Positions 34,050 through 45,648 of a stretch of DNA of 64,000 nucleotides are shown piece by piece. Position numbers and translations under genes: made by a program. Under the pieces are notes generated by a model. It ran no database searches. It saw only the letters and a program-made list of their open reading frames with translations, and was not told where the DNA came from. Each line of letters opens with the position of its first letter. The stretch's first letter is position 1. This DNA comes from an uncultured Nitrososphaeraceae archaeon (GTDB lineage Archaea; Thermoproteota; Nitrososphaeria; Nitrososphaerales; Nitrososphaeraceae), in assembly GCA_963825865.1 (NCBI GenBank), contig CAWGVG010000027.1, forward strand, positions 64,001 to 128,000, written 5' to 3'.

Positions 34050-35013
34050 GGCTCTGTAGAAATCAACAATTTTTCTCATAAACACCAAAGCTTTGTAATA
34101 GCCTAATACAATATACCTGTTGAAAGAATCAAGATATATCAGATTAGCAAATACCATGTTACGTGTTTTAAGAAATACTAGAATAGCGCTATATCTCCAT
34201 AGAAAGAGTAATCACATATTCACGGTATGGCAACATATTGTATTACTTGCAATAAGACAATACGAAGGTAAAAGTTATAGAATGTTTGTGGAATGGCTAG
34301 TTGAAGCGTATTATCTCAGAATGTTTCTTCAGTTATCGCATATTCCACATTATACTACTCTTCAAAAGTTTGCTGCAAGAATAAATTGTACATTATTGGA
34401 GAAGATAATTTCATCGTTCATATATTGTTACTTAGCAATATCAAAAGATTATTCGTTGGCATAGATTCATCAGGATTCAAAGTAACGAAAGCTTCACAAT
34501 ATATTATACAGATAGAACAAAATTGAGAAAGAAATATGTTAAATTATCATTGGGTGCAGATATGTTGCAACAAATTATATGTACAATCAAAATCAGGCGT
34601 GCTCCTACAAGACATGATAACGTAGATTTTCGACCACTGATAACAAAGATAGCAAAAATCCTACCATTGTCAGTAGTTGTTGCTGACAGAGGATATGACA
34701 GTGAAGACAACCATCTTTTGGTAAGAGAAGACTTACATGCATTCAGTGTGATACCTGCAAGATATGAACATGTGCAGATATGGAGAACACATGGTAAATA
34801 TAGGAAACAGATGAAGCGCAGCTATTCCAAATTGTTGTACAATCAACGAAACAAGGATGAAACCATAATATCAGTCATAAAAAGATTATTTGGAGAACAC
34901 ATTACTTCAAGACTAGTGAGAACACAAAACAGGGAATTATCATTCAGATGTATAGCCTACAATACCCACAGATTAACCAACCTCATCATAATATTGATGG
35001 TTTCTACTGAACC
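34050..35013 (+). mobile_element. IS5-family insertion sequence, 964 bp, with 9-bp TSD
   Basis: TIRs GGCTCTGTAGAAA (34050-62) and TTTCTACTGAACC (35001-13), 11/13 match; ATAATACTT at 34041-49 and 35014-22. Confidence 0.93.
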
Positions 35014-35017
35014 ATAA
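34120..35017 (+). CDS. IS5-family DDE transposase; one frameshift near 34425
   Basis: IPHYTTLQKF, GIDSSGF, ADRGYDS, YNQRNKDETIISVIKR. Confidence 0.9.
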
Positions 35018-35029
35018 TACTTATATAAA

Positions 35030-35390
35030 ATGTTTAGAATGGTTTCTCTGATGATAAAGAACATCATATTGAGTGCAACTCTTCTTTCAGCAGTGTTAGC
35101 ATTATCTATGATAGCCAAAGCTGATTTGGGCGGCGCCCCTGCATTTGCACAATCAGCACCTAAGATGCACTTAGATCAAGGAATTAAAGCATTAGAAAGT
35201 GGCGATAATCAAGGAGCAAAGATGCACTTAAATGCAGCAGATCAGGCTCTAGCTGGCTCTTCTTCTTCTTCAGATCAATCCGCAAAGATGCACTTAGATC
35301 AAGGAATTAAAGCATTAGAAAGCGGCGATAATCAAGGAGCAAAGATGCACTTAAATGAGCAGATCAGGCTCTAGGTGGTACTAGTCAATA
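35030..35390 (+). CDS. Small secreted helical protein with duplicated Met/His module
   Basis: Signal peptide, then KMHLDQGIKALESGDNQGAKMHLNAADQAL twice; the second copy lacks one base and ends at ~35390. Confidence 0.8.
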
Positions 35391-35776
35391 AAAACAGAGC
35401 ACATTTCGTCTGAGATCATAAATTGTTTTAGCATTTTTCATTTTTTATTCTTTCAAATACTAATAACCAGACAAAAAACGGAAAACATATGCCAAAGCAA
35501 CTTTCTTTGAACTTTTGCTTCATCTCTTTGTATGTCAAAGCTTTTAGTCATCAGCTCAACATCGACTGAAATTTTAGATTTATATCAGCAGGGAACTCCA
35601 CCTTATTTAGAAAATCTTAAAAGACATTCTTATTATTATTATTGTGGTATTATTTTTTAGAAGTGATTACATAGAGAATACAATTGATTTCACGTCGTCT
35701 TGCAAAAGTGATCAATTGGGCAACTGTGGTCAACATTCATTATCTTCTCGTTTAAATAAAAAATTTGAAAAAAAGC

Positions 35777-36373
35777 TTACCCACTATTTGTCGCGTTATT
35801 GAAAGCAGCAAAGGAATTCATTTCATATCTGAATGCATCTGACAAAAGTTGTGTTGATACATCGTTTTCTGCAGAATTACCAGAAACTAAAAAATTCCGA
35901 AAATGCTTGTAGCTTTCAATTTCTGACTGAAGTGATTTGATGTATAAATCAAGAGCTTGAATGTATTTTCCATTTGTAGGCTGCAAAGCTTCTGCTTTGT
36001 AGACTAATTGCTGAAACTTCGGTAGGTAATTATCGGTAACAGAAATCATCGTCTTATTATCGTATTGTTTTGTTTGCCATTTGCCAATTTCTTTCTGATA
36101 ATTTTGAGTCAACAAATGTGAATTGTTAATAAGCATCTCATATGATTCGTGAAAAGCCCGTGCCATATTGTTATTACTTGCTATTTTCGTGTTTGTTAAT
36201 ATAGAGAATTTTAACTTCTCTGCCATCGCTTGAGGTTGATAAATAATACTAGTAGATAACAAAGAAAATAGCAATACTGCAAATAGGATTGGAAAAAAAT
36301 ATGACAATGAAAAGTTGAGGAGGATTTTGCTACTGACTTTTCGTTGCCTTTTATACATACGTATTAGTAACAA
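35777..36373 (-). CDS. Secreted or membrane-anchored helical hypothetical protein
   Basis: N-terminal hydrophobic segment; 198-aa ORF. Confidence 0.7.
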   Translation of the reverse strand: MLLIRMYKRQRKVSSKILLNFSLSYFFPILFAVLLFSLLSTSIIYQPQAMAEKLKFSILTNTKIASNNNMARAFHESYEMLINNSHLLTQNYQKEIGKWQTKQYDNKTMISVTDNYLPKFQQLVYKAEALQPTNGKYIQALDLYIKSLQSEIESYKHFRNFLVSGNSAENDVSTQLLSDAFRYEMNSFAAFNNATNSG

Positions 36374-36941
36374 TACTATTATGAGATGTATTTTTAGGTT
36401 TTCTATCTGTGCATATTATCATTTGATACAGAACTGGGACTTGATTTGCTTCTCCTGGAGCAGGTACTGCTAGTGACTGCACTAAATGATGCTATATGTA
36501 AAACCATATTTCTTCTGCACTTGTATTTAGTTGAATTCTTGTAGGGTTCACAGTTATCTCAATACTCCTCTAGCCATTGGAGGATATTCTATAGGTGTCA
36601 TCAATACTTGCATCGATTTTTTTACTACACTTTTTATCATTTTATTTGCATTCTATTTAGAGTCTATTTACTTGCTTACCATTGGCATAGCATGACCCTT
36701 CCTGTAATTTTATGAGACCCTAGTCTAATACTTCAAATTGTTCCTTCCTTTCTTCAGTCGTACTTTTTGTATAATTTCGAAGAATTACATAAAATATATC
36801 TTTTATACAGAAGAAATTTATCGGAGAATATCAATTCCTGTCAATTCACTAAGATATCCATCTTATCATTTTAGTTCAGAGCTTTTTTATAAATAAAGAT
36901 ATTATAATATCAGTGTAATGAAATATTTTGATTTTGATTTG

Positions 36942-36981
36942 ACTGCAGTTACTGCAGTTACTGCAAAAGTGACTGCAGTCA
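36942..36981. repeat. Tandem ACTGCAGT palindromes
   Basis: ACTGCAGTT ACTGCAGTT ACTGCAAAA G TGACTGCAGTCA. Confidence 0.8.
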
Positions 36982-37021
36982 ATGGAACAATATTACTGAA
37001 AGTTTTCAGAGGTGAATATAT

Positions 37022-38090
37022 TTGACAGGGAAGAAAGAAGATTGGCTCTGTCCTCACTGTCACCAACGCTCCCACAGACATTGGAATATGAAGACTCATA
37101 TTAAGAGAAAACATGATGCAATAGGACAACCCATAAAAGCAGGATCCTCAACTTTCAATAACAATACTAATAGTAGTCAATTTGTTTCTGATACGATGGA
37201 TTATGTTAAAAAGGATAACTGTGCATACAACAAACCTTCCTTCTTTTCAAGAGTGCCCCAGAAGGAAGAGTCCCAAAATACAGATCTAATTGATAACATG
37301 CTTCCATGGATCCGTAAATGGAATGAATGTCTACGTGAATGCGTTGAATTTAATGATTTATCAAGACGGCTATCTTCAAATCCTTCACAATTAGCTGCTA
37401 TGATGGGGAATATACCTATCTCCTCATCGCTACCTTCTTCGTTATCAAATCTTAATTTTCAAACTAATAACAATATGATGAATAACAATAGGCTACCTAT
37501 TGGATATAAAGTTCGATTGTGCAATAGGTGTTTACCAGGTAATAGGCTTGAGCCAATATTGGCTTCTTCCCTAGAAATGGAAGCTCTAACAAAAATTAAC
37601 CATATCTGTGAGGCAGAAAGTCCTGTATCCTCAATACAACAAGAACATGTAAAAAATAGTCCAACAAATATCATAAATGATGCACAGGTAAATTTAGTTT
37701 CTTATTTGATACAGGTTGTCAATATGAGAATTGGTCGGAAAGAAGGAGAAGCAGTAGGAGTAGATGTACATTTAAAAGCTCAGGAATTAAACAGTCCTAA
37801 ACTTCTATTACAGCATATGGGAAACAAAAAATTGCCCGAAAATAAATCGTGGATTAAAGAAGAAGACTATATTGATCTAGGCAACATAAGTCATAGTAAT
37901 AATGTGGAAAATGAAAAAAACTGGGCCTATCGTGTAATTAAAGAAGAAGGAGTCTATAAAAATGATAAAAATTAACAAGTATGAATTAACGGATTTTGTA
38001 AAAATTGCAAAGGCAACTTTTGGAGTATTTCAAGTTCAATTAGATGATGGAGGGGGCAAACGTTACTTTCTTATATCTATCAAATTTTAG
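37022..38090 (+). CDS. Protein with N-terminal C2H2 zinc finger; frameshift near the 3' end
   Basis: CPHCHQRSHRHWNMKTHIKRKH, second CNRC...HIC site; shifted frame continues to TAG at 38090. Confidence 0.75.
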
Positions 38091-38154
38091 ACACATCTCA
38101 GCCACTATTATTAACCATAATAGTGTCTAACTGGGTACTTGAAGTAGTATCTTA

Positions 38155-38174
38155 TTCGATGGATGTACTACAAA
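38155..38174 (+). promoter_or_regulatory. Motif TTCGATGGATGTACTACAAA, copy 1
   Basis: Shared with 42806-42825(-) and 46455-46474(+). Confidence 0.7.
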
Positions 38175-38190
38175 AATAATATACTAAAAA

Positions 38191-39263
38191 ATGGTAGTAG
38201 CTATCATCGTGATGAGATCACTTCACAGAGAGGATATTTTATCCTTTATTTCGATTGTTATGGTTGTTTTTTCATTAATATCAGGATCATTTTGGACCAA
38301 ACAGCCAGCATTTGGAGATGGTTTAACGCAAGAACAATTATCGGCTTCCTTAGGAGATAGAAAAGCTGACTTACTCATCAAAATGACTCCTGCTGTTGTT
38401 ACGACAGAAACCTTACAAAAGGGTCAAAAACCCATTGTTGAATTTCGATTGTTTGATTCAAATTCAAATGAGTCTTTTACCCATGTGACATATTATATTA
38501 TTTTAGAGAAAGATGGTAAAAGGTTGCTCACAGATATATTCCACGATCATAACGGTGACCTGAAAATTCAGATAAACCCCAATAATACCAGTAAAACGGC
38601 TATTAGTGGAGGAGAACAGGATCCTCTATTGGGTACGTGGATTGGAACACAAACTAATCCTGTAATTGTGTCAGGTCCAATCTTTCTAAATGGTGGGTTG
38701 TATCACTTTATAGTGAGAATAGAAACAGTAGATTCTGACTATACACTACTGCCAGACAACCAAGAGCCAATCTATGACAGTTGGTTAAGTATTGGGAATA
38801 CGGAAAATAAGCAAATAAACATAGATGGCAAACAGATTCCGATTAAGGTCATATCTTACTACGATAAATTAAAAAATTTGGAATTTAATAACAAAAATAT
38901 GCAAATGAAATTTGATATGCCATTTAACTGGAATTTAAGCAGGCTAAATAAAGCTAGTATTTTTGTTCATGAAGAGATCATATGTACCTAAACCAAATGC
39001 CTTTACCACTAAGGGATCTTCACTGGAACAGTAAATGGCATTGATATTTCAAAAAGTATTATACTGGACAACTCGAATCCTGACAAGGATATAATTCATG
39101 TTATGTTGCCAAAGAGTATATAATTCATATTGCAGATCAAGTGAGCAACAGCGGACAGGCATCTAGTGGACTGATGAATTTTACCTTGCAACCTGGAATA
39201 GGTTCGATGAAGGGTTCAATGGGACCAATGTCTTCAGGTTCATCAATGGGATCCATGTCTTAA
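38191..39263 (+). CDS. Secreted protein with His motifs and Met-rich tail; frameshifted
   Basis: Signal peptide; HVTYYI, FHDHNG, GGLYHF, FVHEE; ends SMKGSMGPMSSGSSMGSMS*. Confidence 0.8.
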
Positions 39264-39317
39264 TGAAGTGGTGGTTGTAAGTGAACCATTTGCGTATTTT
39301 GGCATTCTCTTCTGACC

Positions 39318-39909
39318 ATGCCAACTCACTATGCATCGTTGTTGTTCATAATTATGATGGCAATTATTGTTATTGTTATTTTATCTCTAAATAATGCTCG
39401 CTCTTGGACAAACTTCTTCTTCCTCTTCTTCTGGTAACAGAACACAAACATGGATAGATAAATTAAACAATCTCAAGATCCAGTTTGCATATTCACCAGA
39501 AAATCCTGGAATAGATACACCTACTGAATTAAAGTTTAATGTACTGAATCTACAAACAGGTAGCCATTTGAAAAATCTCTCTGCAAGGATTGTTGTAATA
39601 TCTAATTCTGGAGGACAACAAAGATCTTTTAAATTTACTAATATATCGGCCCCTGACGGTGATTTCTCTGTAAAATATCTATTTCCGGATTCAGGCTCAT
39701 ATCAGGTCATATCTAAAATAGATTCAAAAGATTCTCCTACTTTAGTATCATTCAATGTCTTTGTTCCATTTCAGCCACTTGGTACCATAAATGCGAGTAA
39801 TTTGAATCCGTTGATTCTTCCTGCATTACTAGCAGGAATAATCGGTACTATAGTTGTAGTAACTTTGGTATGGAAAAGTAAAAAGAAAGAAAAGAAATAC
39901 AATCTGTAA
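39318..39909 (+). CDS. Membrane-anchored YtkA/FixH-like Ig-fold protein
   Basis: Frameshifted signal peptide; QFAYSPENP...FPDSGSYQVI; C-terminal TM plus Lys tail. Confidence 0.7.
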
Positions 39910-40036
39910 TGATTAGATTGCCTGCATGCTATAGACGATATCAAACAAGAAGACAAAAAGAGAAACATGACGAGAAAATAAGGAAACTTGAAGAGAGATA
40001 CGTTATTCTTTATATGATGTACATCGTAATTTACGT

Positions 40037-40513
40037 ATGTCATTGACGAAGTTTCCTATCTTGCTTTTGATAATTATCATGAGTTTTTTCTCATTAATAT
40101 TATTTTTCACTATTACAAACAGTATTATATTTTCTAATTTCACTATTATTATTGCTCATGCTCATCTGTATAGCAATATAACTCAAGTATGGACAGACAA
40201 GTTAAACAATATTAAAATCCAGTTTTCCTATTTGCCTGAAAAGCCAACAGCAGAAGATACAACTCAATTACAGTTTAGTATGCAGAATTTACAAACTGGC
40301 AGTCATTTAAAGGACCTTACTGCAAAAGTAACAATATTTAATGATCCAATATACAGGTATGATAATATTACCGTCACTGATGGTGACTTTTCTATAAGGC
40401 GTTTGTTTCTGGACTCTGGTATGCATCAAGTCATTCTTAAAGTATCCTCAAAAGATTACTCCTTAGCATTGGCTTCATTTAACATCTCTGTACCTATAGC
40501 CTATTCAGAATAG
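40037..40513 (+). CDS. Secreted YtkA/FixH-like paralogue with predicted N-terminal His
   Basis: AHA-HLYS; WTDKLNNIKIQF...NLQTGSHLK shared with the preceding gene. Confidence 0.75.
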   Translation: MSLTKFPILLLIIIMSFFSLILFFTITNSIIFSNFTIIIAHAHLYSNITQVWTDKLNNIKIQFSYLPEKPTAEDTTQLQFSMQNLQTGSHLKDLTAKVTIFNDPIYRYDNITVTDGDFSIRRLFLDSGMHQVILKVSSKDYSLALASFNISVPIAYSE

Positions 40514-40616
40514 TGTTGTTAATAACTGGTAGCAGTAATCTTAAGTGTTATGTGTAGTTGCTTGGTCTAGTTTCTTCCTGCGGTGGTGGATGTTAAGGAA
40601 AAAACAAAGAAAAAGA

Positions 40617-41324
40617 TCATAATCCCTGTGGAAAGTCGTAGCTTGAAGGTATGTTGCCAGGTGGCTTGCCAAACACTAGTGCAATTTCATCGTGTGCATG
40701 TAGTTGATTTCTCTATAATATATTCCATTTATTTTCTGGCCATTAACGTATACGTCAGGAGTATTTTTTCCACCGAATAAACTAGCAAATTCCGACGAAT
40801 TGTTCAATTTTTTGCTCCATATATCAAAGAACTGACCCAGAGTAAAATCTCTTTTTACAGGTGATTCTATATGTATGATGCCAGTTACATCGTGAGTGTG
40901 CCAGCCAATAGATACATTTGTCAGGAATGATCCCGATTTGCGGTGGAATGTATATGAGCTGACCGTTGACAAAGATATCAAGATGAGCATGTATATGAAA
41001 TAGAAGTTGCTCGTTTGTATTACATTGAATGCCATCTACCGTTAAGGCGGATGCTGATGTTGCTGATGTATTTGGCCCTCCACTATGATATACTCCAATA
41101 TATGCAGCAGCAACTGCAACAGCCAAGATACTAATACCAATTACTATGATAATCGATTTTTTAGAATATTTCCATGAGCTTTTTTTATTATCAGATTTTT
41201 TTATTACCCTTGCAGTATCATTTACAGTATCATGTACATCACGTTTGTGTCGATCCAGTTGTTTTCTGGATTCAAAAGATTTTCCACATAAACCACATCT
41301 TGACTCTTCCTTGTTTTTTACCAT
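40617..41324 (-). CDS. C2H2 zinc finger + TM helix + His-rich domain; frameshifted
   Basis: CGLCGKSFESRKQLDRHKRDVH; TM; HIHAHL; HTHDVTGIIHIES; ends YDFPQGL*. Confidence 0.8.
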
Positions 41325-41970
41325 GGCTTCATATCAACCTGCGATGCACTACTAATGCAGTTGTTATGTAGTAACAGTCTTTAATAATATATATTGTAAA
41401 CATCTATGAAGTAAATGGTACATAGTCATTCTTTCTTCTTTTTGACACTCTTTATTTCAACATCAAACTTTCAATCTGTTTAAGATATTGTCCTACATCT
41501 AAATTATCATTATAACTACCATACTTCAATCCTCTACTGTAAGATGAAAAATTAACAACAAAATCTACAGACTCGTTTATTTGTATTTTTGAGGACGAAA
41601 GGAAGAGGAAGAGTGAAGAAAGGAAATACAATATGTAACTAGATTTATGTATCTACTTTGAATACATGTATATAAATCGACCAAGTTAACTAGAATGTTC
41701 TAGAAAAACATTATTCAGCTTGTTTCTTCATTTTGTTTGCAATAAAATGCCCACTGCCCATAACAATATGTTTTGCAAATATATGTAAATGCCTTCAGAA
41801 TAAATCTCTTCAGAGTTTTCTTGCTAATGATATTGGATCATGAAAAAGAAAGTTTATAGCACATAAAGATAATACTTTGAATTTATCTTATTAACGATGT
41901 AATATTATAATCCTCTCATCTTCTAAAATAGAAGTAGTAAAATAGATAATGTGTGTGGATAAAACTACAG

Positions 41971-42770
41971 TTATGATAAATTAAAGGCTGCTTTGAGACT
42001 AGGCTGAATTGTATTATCTATTAACGTTACAACTGAGTCATATGGTGCCTTTGAGTCGATATCACTCTTTAGTGTTGACAAGCCACTACCCAGTTTGGCA
42101 ATGGCAGAAGTTGTAGTTGACGTTGCATTAGCAGGTATGAGTTGTTTTGCTTCATTGAACATTTCTTGAGCCTTGGTTGCTATCGCCTGAGCGCTTTGAT
42201 AATTTGCCATATTTACTATAGTATTATGACCTACAGACCCTTTTCCTTCTTCGATTCCATAAGCCTCTCTGTACCGTTCTAGAGTTTCATTTACAATATC
42301 GCCAACAGCTTGGCCTTTGACTGTAGAGTTATTCAATTGACTTTTCTCAACACGCACACCAATAGCCTCTTGTAAGAGGGCATCAATGTTATCGACTTTT
42401 CCCTTAATTGCTGCCTCTGTAGATGCGGGCTTTGATTTGACTATGTTTTGCAGATCAGCTATCGCCCTAGTCAAGTCATTTGCAACTAGTTTGTTTCTTT
42501 CTGTAAGCTCCTTTGTAGTGTTTGCATCGAGATGTTCAGCAACTGCTTGCGCATGTTCTTGAGCTGAAGTCACATTTGAAGAGGCGATATTGGCTTGCAC
42601 TAAATGTGAGTCAGCTTGTAATATTTTAACTAGTGCAAGAAATGCTCACTTTCTCCTCCAGAAAAGGTATGAGCATATGCGGCATGGTTAAAAGGGAATA
42701 TTACTACTAGTCCTATAGAAATAATTCCTGCAAATAATAATGCAAGAACTGTTGATGTAATTTTTTTCAT
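41971..42770 (-). CDS. Secreted helical-bundle protein with predicted N-terminal His; frameshifted
   Basis: ATG 42770 MKKITSTVL...AYA-HTFSG; SHL...AQEHAQ...EHL. Confidence 0.8.
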
Positions 42771-42805
42771 TGATATACTATTTGTAGTTTTTAATCATAA
42801 AATAC

Positions 42806-42825
42806 TTTGTGGTACATCAATCGAA
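42806..42825 (-). promoter_or_regulatory. Motif TTCGATTGATGTACCACAAA, copy 2
   Basis: Ends 36 nt before ATG 42770. Confidence 0.7.
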
Positions 42826-42874
42826 TTGTAATGGCTACATATAATCAATGGAAATATAACATGCTAATACTCTA

Positions 42875-43447
42875 TTACTTTTTCCTAGCAAATACATATA
42901 TGGAGATACCTGCAATGGCTGCCGTAACAGGCGTAACATAATAAAGCATTAGTTGACTAAAAGGTATTTTTATCTTGTAAGCATTATTATTGCCTACGGA
43001 AACATCAAAGTCTGATACTAGTGGATTGTCTTGATACTTTGAGTCTCCGTTTATTCTAGCCTCAAAGGTTGCTATATAGTCTGTATTATTTCTAAATTTG
43101 TATGGAAAAGTAATGTCACTAAATTCATAGAATTTGTAAGGAACTTGTTCAACTACTTTACCTGTATTCTTTTCCTTTATAGCCAAGGCTGCGTATACAT
43201 TATTGACATTTGCACTATCTTTGTCAAGAATACTAAAGTTTAGGGTAGAATTTTCATTAGCTGCAGGAACAATTGGAAGTGGTTGAAATACTATCTGATA
43301 ATTATCGACATTCTTTGATATTCCAAAGAAGTGTGCATAGGCAACATTAACTTGGTTAGAGAAACAGGTATAAGTAACAAGTAGTAACCCCAAGGTTACA
43401 ACACCAATTATTATTACTATACCTAGAGTCAAAATTACTTTAGTCAT
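42875..43447 (-). CDS. Membrane-anchored secreted protein with predicted N-terminal His
   Basis: Likely start MTKVIL at 43447; AYA-HFFG; C-terminal TM plus RKK. Confidence 0.8.
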   Translation of the reverse strand: MTKVILTLGIVIIIGVVTLGLLLVTYTCFSNQVNVAYAHFFGISKNVDNYQIVFQPLPIVPAANENSTLNFSILDKDSANVNNVYAALAIKEKNTGKVVEQVPYKFYEFSDITFPYKFRNNTDYIATFEARINGDSKYQDNPLVSDFDVSVGNNNAYKIKIPFSQLMLYYVTPVTAAIAGISIYVFARKK

Positions 43448-43670
43448 TTTCTTACCTCGTATTGTACCATTCATTACAAGACTGTAAGAACCAACTCTGG
43501 TTGGAGTCATTTTAACTTATAAAGTCTATCGGTTTGCTCTGAAGGCACGAAATCAAGTGGCTTCGTCACTCCGCCATACATTATATTCATGTTATCTAAG
43601 GCATATGTAACAGGCATTAAATTGTTTTTTTCCATAGTCTGGTTTAGCTGAACTATGGCATTATTCATTT
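43448..43670 (-). pseudogene. Decayed internal fragment of a paralogue of 45649..46410
   Basis: NNAIVQLNQT...YGGVTKPLDFVPSEQT...MTPTRVGSYSLVMNGTIRG versus NNAIVQVNQT...YGGATKPLDFEPSEET...MIPTRIGSYNLVMNGTIQG. Confidence 0.8.
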
Positions 43671-43905
43671 CTCACACTGCTACTACTGCTACCACCGTAT
43701 TGCATGATCCTCAAAAATTGATAGAGAATATCTTATAGCATGCGCTAATTTTGGTATTGACAAGACGCAATTAAACATACTGTAAAATTTAGAAAATATA
43801 AGCATCATAATATTATTTTAGTTTTTAATAGTGTATAGATATACTATATGTTAAAGATAGAATGGTTAGTAAACCTTAAAAATAATAATGCAAAACCACG
43901 CATAG

Positions 43906-45523
43906 TTGAATTCTAAAGAGATATCTGTAATACTTGTAATAACCATTTCTTCTTTAATGATAATGCATTCTCCTGTTGTTTTAGCAAATGTTTCATACGC
44001 GCAATTACCTGAACCAACAATACCATCACCAGAGCCATCATCATTATCAACATTCCCTGATAATGCTGTAACAATAACGTCACCCCAAGACGGTCAAAAA
44101 ATACCTGTAGGCCAAAATCTTCAAGTAACAGGAAGGTCCATGGTCAACACTGCTTCTGATTGCAAAATCACTGTTAATTTAAATCGTGTAAAACCATCTC
44201 AATCAGTAGTAGCAGCTGGACCTGGTGGACCCAAAGACTACTCACAATGGAGTGTAATATTGACTTCTACGTATACTCCAATTGAAGAAGGACAAAACAG
44301 GATAGTTGCAAAAATCTCTTGTAGCAGTGACCCTAACTTGAAACAATTTGCGCATGTAAATGTGACAGGTGTAGCATTATCATCATTTTCTGATATGACA
44401 ACAACGCCATCATCATCATCGCAATCAAATCCACAAGCACAATCAGGAGTGCCGCTATCATCATCATCTGATGATGCTGTAACAATAAAATCACCTACAG
44501 AGGACAAGTCTTCCTCGTTTTCTAGTTATGGCAAAACATCATCAGACATTTATGGTGGCGATAGCGTGGGTGGTGAATCAATTCCAAAAACCTCCTCATC
44601 CTCAATTCAAACCATGCCAAATAATAATAATATATTATAATAATAATATCGCAAGTAGCGACAAAACTAATGATAATATGAGTGGCAATGATAAGGTAGT
44701 GATGATAAACTTTGACGACGGATATAAGAGCCACTTTCTGTATGCAAAGCCAATTTTAGATAAATATGGGTTTAAGGCTAGTTTCTTTATAGTCTGCGAC
44801 AAAATGGAAACACAACCAAAATGGATGACTTGGCAAGATATAACAGCACTCAAGAATGATGGAATGGATATAGAATCACATACAATGACCCATGCTCATT
44901 TGGACTCAGTCTCTGCACAAACATTAGATTATGAAACAGGCTATGCAAAACAATGCCTCGCTGATCACGGTTTTGACACAACAATCTTTGCATATCCCAA
45001 GAATTTAGGTTCAGACAACGATACAGTAGTTAATGTAGTTGGCAAATATTATAGTCTAGCTAGGTCAGGAACCGAATCATTATTCTTTTTAGATTGTACT
45101 GGCTATAAAAAGCATCCTCAAACTGATTGTAGCACATATGCATCTGACGGTAGTCTAAATTATGCAAACAGATATAATATTAAAAATGCCAGTCCTTTCC
45201 GCAACAATATCAATCTAGATGATTCCCAAATGTTTGAGAAGTTCGTTCAACGCGTGAATAGTCAAACTGCATTTAACTCAAATGGAAGGATAAATGCAAT
45301 ACCTATTATATCATATCATAACCTTACAAATAGCATGCAGGATTATGATAGCATGGGTTCTACTCTTACTGTTTCTCTGTTTGCTCAAGAAATGAAATAC
45401 CTGCATGATAATGGATTTAAAGTCTTACTTTTAAACCAGCTAGGATATGATACGACACGTAATGCCTTTTACTTAAAGAACTCAGCTGAAACTGTTGCGG
45501 CTACAACTGATACTACATCATGA
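43906..45523 (+). CDS. Secreted polysaccharide deacetylase (CE4/NodB) with N-terminal Ig-like domain; probably one frameshifted gene
   Basis: NFDDG, ESHTMTH, FAYP, IISYH; upstream ORF has a signal peptide, VTITSPQDG and a Ser-rich linker. Confidence 0.85.
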
Positions 45524-45648
45524 CGAGCCTCTACAACTGCTACTACCTCTACGAATATAGAGAAAAGTGAATCAGCAGCAGCAGGCAGCAGCGTGGCTGA
45601 CTGAAGCTGTAAGATACAGAGATAGGTAACACAATAGTTATTATAATA

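Noticed and set aside
36902-37129. Minus-strand ORF containing VTAVTAV
   Set aside because: It overlaps the Zn-finger gene, and the pattern comes from the DNA palindromic repeat.
41394-41411. Fourth copy of the 20-bp island motif
   Set aside because: It needs gaps and mismatches to align, too weak in AT-rich DNA.
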